A DNA stretch of 28,636 nt from a virus (lineage: Duplodnaviria > Caudoviricetes): positions 1-28,636 of IMG/VR virus record IMGVR_UViG_3300044247_000011; one strand, 5' to 3'. Position 1 is the stretch's first letter, and every line of letters begins with the position of its first letter. Below, piece after piece: positions 25,119 through 28,636 of the stretch. The translations under genes were made by a program, and so were the position numbers. Under the pieces are notes generated by a model. That model was not told where the DNA came from and searched no databases. It saw nothing but the letters and a program-made list of their open reading frames with translations.

Positions 25119-25643
25119 TTACGGCAAGAACGGATCGCTCACGTCCGTAGCCAAACCTATACCAAGCGGCAGGTAGAAGAAAGCCCTTGAACTCGCCTCT
25201 TGCCTGATAGCAACACTGACCACCCCTGGTCCGATCGACATACCGGTGATCCCCTTCTTGTAACCCAGGAAGTAGGCATCGGGGAACGCCGGGTAGCCCT
25301 GATTATTGGTCTTGATGCACTCCGCCAGCCGCTTCTCAACTGAAGCCTTTAGCTGGTAGGCGTCATCGGTCGGGTGCGCCACGTCGTACAAAATCCAACC
25401 CTGTACCAGCAGCACCCAGGTTTCAAACCGAGTTACCTTATTCTCCTCGGTCGTATCGACGTTCACATCGGCCGTCAGGTGTTCCACGATCGATACTAAC
25501 GGCGACGGATCGGCATCGCCAAAGAGCAACCGGCCACGGAACACGCTTTGCGACAGGTCGAAATCATACCCATTGGCTGGCGTTATGCCCTGCAAGTGGG
25601 CCGTCAGACGCTTCAGGATATCAAGTTGCCTAGAATCGGGCAT
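25119..25643 (-). CDS. Tail terminator / tail completion protein
   Basis: L.GITPANGYDFDL...VFRGR..FG...PTDDAY.L.A.V..RL; located before the major tail gene. Confidence 0.82.
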   Translation of the reverse strand: MPDSRQLDILKRLTAHLQGITPANGYDFDLSQSVFRGRLLFGDADPSPLVSIVEHLTADVNVDTTEENKVTRFETWVLLVQGWILYDVAHPTDDAYQLKASVEKRLAECIKTNNQGYPAFPDAYFLGYKKGITGMSIGPGVVSVAIRQEASSRAFFYLPLGIGLATDVSDPFLP

Positions 25644-25652
25644 CGTCTGTCA

Positions 25653-25799
25653 TCACGGTTTGTGGTTTTCAACCCCGATCTCGCGCTCCGCCCGCTGCCA
25701 GAACTCTTCGTCCCGTCCTTCCGGTTTACCTGCCTCTTCCCAGAGACGCTTCGCCCGCTCACGTATCCGCTCCTCGCGCCGTGTGGTATCGCCCCTCAT
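25653..25799 (-). CDS. DUF2934-family small protein (48 aa, not in the ORF track)
   Basis: Manual translation: MRGDTTRREERIRERAKRLWEEAGKPEGRDEEFWQRAEREIGVENHKP, matching the DUF2934 pattern IRERAY.LWE..G.P.G...E.W..AE.E. ATGA overlap with the upstream gene. Confidence 0.85.
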   Translation of the reverse strand: MRGDTTRREERIRERAKRLWEEAGKPEGRDEEFWQRAEREIGVENHKP

Positions 25800-26464
25800 A
25801 TCCCGCCTCTTCCACCACTCATCCGTTGGATCTGTCGCAAAAATTCAGCTTGCAGGTACACCAACAAGGCCGGCGATATGTCTACCGCCACAGTGCGGAA
25901 CACCTGATCCACACTCGGGCCGTACAGCAGTGCGACCCCTGCCAACGGCCCACTGGTAATCAGCTTCGCGCCAACCGTGTGCTCCATCGTCTCACCGGGC
26001 CGCAACCGGATGCCCAAGCCCACGTTGCCCGATCGCAGATTGATCAGGAACGCCCGCTTGATTGCCCTCGGCCTACCGGGCTGTATGGTGACGGTAACGC
26101 CCGTCCCAGCCGCTGAACGCCGTCGCCGCCTGCCACTGACCCTAGCCCTGGCAAAACCGGTCCTCGCGGACGAGAAGCGCGCCAACGGGGTCGGGGTAAA
26201 CTGCCCTACGATACCAGCTTCCAATCGGTCCACCCCCGCCCGGTATTTCAGTCGGAAGCGCTTCTGACCAACCCCATCCGATCCATTCAGGTAGCCAACC
26301 GGGAAAGCGACTTCAGACAACATTGCTTCCCGTGCCAGCGTCAGCCCTTGGCGCTCAGCGGTCTGGTTGATCGCCAGTGCTGCGGCACGCGGCGCGATAT
26401 CTGGCAGCATCTTCAGGTAGCGGCTGTATTCACGCAGCCCGGTGGCATCGATGATGACCGTCAC
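25796..26464 (-). CDS. Neck / minor tail protein (lambda gpZ-like)
   Basis: Basic protein; AINQTA...PTPLARF...AFLINL...LYGPSVDQVF; neck position. Confidence 0.8.
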   Translation of the reverse strand: MTVIIDATGLREYSRYLKMLPDIAPRAAALAINQTAERQGLTLAREAMLSEVAFPVGYLNGSDGVGQKRFRLKYRAGVDRLEAGIVGQFTPTPLARFSSARTGFARARVSGRRRRRSAAGTGVTVTIQPGRPRAIKRAFLINLRSGNVGLGIRLRPGETMEHTVGAKLITSGPLAGVALLYGPSVDQVFRTVAVDISPALLVYLQAEFLRQIQRMSGGRGGI

Positions 26465-26811
26465 GGCCGGGTTACCGTCCAGATGAGGTATACCGGCCCA
26501 TCGCTAGGCTCACGCACGTCAAGCATGAACTGGTGTTCGGGGTACATGTCGAAGACCACTATGCCAGCCCGCTTAGGGTTGACCTGTCTCTCGGCCAACT
26601 CCTCCACATTGAAGACCAACCGGTCGATGTTCTCCATCACCCGTGCGTAATCGCCACCAGGGATATCGCCGATAGCTGCCGTAAAACGAGAATGCCACCG
26701 AACATGAAGCCCGGTGGCGCTACCTGACGAATCGGTGTAAGTCGCTAGAAGAGCAAACGTGGTGTGGACATCCCTCCGCGCTTGCTGCCTGACAGTGAAC
26801 CAGTCACTCAC
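26461..26811 (-). CDS. Head-tail joining protein
   Basis: 116 aa; ARRDVHTTF...VRWH...RLVF; position after the capsid genes. Confidence 0.75.
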   Translation of the reverse strand: MSDWFTVRQQARRDVHTTFALLATYTDSSGSATGLHVRWHSRFTAAIGDIPGGDYARVMENIDRLVFNVEELAERQVNPKRAGIVVFDMYPEHQFMLDVREPSDGPVYLIWTVTRP

Positions 26812-27107
26812 AGATCGGTTTCTGCCGGACGCCGCCGGGTGATATGCCGTTCCTCGGCGGGTGCCGCTGCTGGTGCCCTCGTGGGCGCCCGGTTCTCCGT
26901 CACGGCTTCCTCACCGGGACCGGCAGTAGCCGGCGCACGGCCTGTATCGTCCCGTGGTGCCCGGATGACTCCGCGAGCGTCCAGTTCCTTGACGTAGCCC
27001 TCGTCCCACTTGAGCGTGTCGGTGTTGAAACGCTCACCCGGCCCAAGGATGACACGGTTGTCTCCGTCACCGTGTACGATAGTCCCCACTGCAACCCGGT
27101 CCACCAT
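26808..27107 (-). CDS. Hypothetical head-associated protein (99 aa)
   Basis: Follows the capsid gene with an AGGAG RBS; PGE.F...L...G.I N-terminal motif and a low-complexity tail. Confidence 0.7.
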   Translation of the reverse strand: MVDRVAVGTIVHGDGDNRVILGPGERFNTDTLKWDEGYVKELDARGVIRAPRDDTGRAPATAGPGEEAVTENRAPTRAPAAAPAEERHITRRRPAETDL

Positions 27108-27118
27108 GACCCTAACTC

Positions 27119-28183
27119 CTATTCGGTGATCAGCTTAAAGCTGTTGTTGGGGTTCAGCGGCACAAACAGAGGTGCCGACTGAGACATGGTGTAAACAACT
27201 GACGGGTCCATATTCTTCCACATCTTCGGGAAGATCGGCTGCTCGACCGTAAAGTTGGCATCTGCATCCATGATCGCGCCGAACATCGCGACCATATCCA
27301 GACCCGGCCCGACACCTACAACCACGGTCGGATCAAGGAACTGCCTTGTGGTCAGGTTGCCGTTGGTCGAGTCGACATCGGAGTACCAGTTAGAATAGCG
27401 GTACAATTCAAACCGCCCACCTGTGGTGATGATCGACCCCATCGACTGCGAGTTGGAGTTCTGCACCAACGGGATCACCGGGAACTCGCTGCTACCGATG
27501 CGCCGAGTGGCATCGAGCAGATCGAGCACCTTCTGCGACTTGATGAAATTGCCCCAGGCTGTCGCACCAAAGACGAACCGGTTAATCGGCGCATTGCCCA
27601 ACGTGAAGCAGAGATCGTTCAGCCGTGCCAGATCGCCCAATGGATCGGCCGTTGTCGTCTGGCTCCACCGGGCAGTACCGGTAAGCTGCGAAGTCAACTG
27701 CGGGTCACGCCCAAACGATACAGTGACCGATGGGTAGTCGTCGCCGGCTACGGTGACCTGACCATCTTGGATCGCCTTCGACGCCATCCAGTCCCAGCGT
27801 CGTTCGATCGCTTCGCGCTCCAGCCGCAGATTGTTCACAACTTGTGCGTTGAACCTCGCTTCCATAGACATGCCGCCCATAAACGGCTCACCCATCATGC
27901 GGGAAATCGCCTTGGTCGGATCAACGACATGCTTTGGTTTGACGTAGGCGGGGCGGAAGGACTGGGCCGAATACCCCTGCCCACGCATCACCCTGCCCTG
28001 CATATTCGGAGCGACAAAGGGAGCAAGCTTCCGGTTATCGACATCAGCCCGCTCAAACAGAATCTCCTCGCGATCGGAGGTAATCGTTCGAGACGCCATG
28101 TTTCGCCAGAAGCCGTCCGGAAGGTCCGCAAGCCGCTGCTGGACTATGATCAACTCTTGCGTGGAGTAGAAGGTAATCGCCAT
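27119..28183 (-). CDS. Major capsid protein (lambda gpE / Phage_cap_E family)
   Basis: RKLAPFVAP...G.V....Y....FRPAYVKPK, IERRWDWMA..A...G.V.V.G..YP...V.FGRD, DPSVVY.MSQSAPL.VP. Confidence 0.95.
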   Translation of the reverse strand: MAITFYSTQELIIVQQRLADLPDGFWRNMASRTITSDREEILFERADVDNRKLAPFVAPNMQGRVMRGQGYSAQSFRPAYVKPKHVVDPTKAISRMMGEPFMGGMSMEARFNAQVVNNLRLEREAIERRWDWMASKAIQDGQVTVAGDDYPSVTVSFGRDPQLTSQLTGTARWSQTTTADPLGDLARLNDLCFTLGNAPINRFVFGATAWGNFIKSQKVLDLLDATRRIGSSEFPVIPLVQNSNSQSMGSIITTGGRFELYRYSNWYSDVDSTNGNLTTRQFLDPTVVVGVGPGLDMVAMFGAIMDADANFTVEQPIFPKMWKNMDPSVVYTMSQSAPLFVPLNPNNSFKLITE

Positions 28184-28204
28184 CTCTTTAATCCTTCCGC
28201 CGGC

Positions 28205-28636
28205 TCACAGAACCTGCCGCACGCCAATGTTGCTGCCATCGAACGCTCGCTTCCGCTCTTCCAGCGACACGAGGCCAGCCGGCCAGACCAAGGCTTGGTG
28301 GTTGAACACGCCCCCGGTAAAGTACGGGAACCAGCGGTTCGTAGCGGCAGCGTCAAGCGGTTGGCCTGCGATACCGATTGCATTGTTGCTCGGCGTGCCT
28401 TCAGCGGCACTACCACCCGTTAACGTGGCACCGGAAACAGTGAATCCGGCGGCAGCGACACCTTCCACGAGCGTGACCGAGTTGCCCGCTGTACCGACAT
28501 CCTCGGCAACCAGGGTCACCACATTGCCGGACGCAGCCGCCGTTGTATTAAGGGTCGCCACGTTAGCGTTGATCACGGTAGCAAGATTGCTCGCGGTGAC
28601 AGTGGTGCTGGTCCCGATCAGGCACTCGATACCGAC
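28205..28636 (-). CDS. Head decoration protein (5'-truncated by the window edge) with an extra inserted domain
   Basis: Frame open to the window end; C-terminal AIGIA...YFTGGVFNHQALVWP...AF motif; directly upstream of the major capsid gene. Confidence 0.8.
   Translation of the reverse strand, partial: VGIECLIGTSTTVTASNLATVINANVATLNTTAAASGNVVTLVAEDVGTAGNSVTLVEGVAAAGFTVSGATLTGGSAAEGTPSNNAIGIAGQPLDAAATNRWFPYFTGGVFNHQALVWPAGLVSLEERKRAFDGSNIGVRQVL

Noticed and set aside
6843-28423. Numerous plus-strand ORFs opposite the late operon (e.g. 22557..23075, 27767..28423) and alternate-frame ORFs such as 11359..12126 and 3735..4232
   Set aside because: Shadow ORFs of well-supported genes in GC-rich DNA, with no motifs or RBS.

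Overview
This window looks like about 28.6 kb of a temperate, long-tailed (siphovirus, chi/YuA-like gene order) phage. Its host is probably an alphaproteobacterium, since it carries GapR/DUF2312, DUF2934 and DUF2793 homologs. The minus strand from 6776 to 28636 is one late operon: head decoration (cut by the window edge), lambda-E-type major capsid, neck genes, major tail protein, tail chaperone with a -1 frameshift, a tape measure protein with a lysozyme domain, a lectin-decorated distal tail protein, hub/tip/fibre proteins, and an unusual lysis region (T4-T-like GAF holin candidate, GH24 endolysin, Pro/His repeat protein, peptidoglycan-binding mini-protein, two-TM protein). The plus strand from 1 to 6803 carries small early/accessory genes, interrupted by a minus-strand tyrosine integrase and an apparently intact attP. 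The most striking element is at the left end. There, a helically phased tandem array of DnaA-box-like 9-mers precedes gapR, a ParB-like gene, and a separately translated 55-aa partial duplicate of that ParB. I propose this as a candidate phage module that engages the host's chromosome replication/segregation machinery. All family assignments come from motif recognition by eye; no searches were run.
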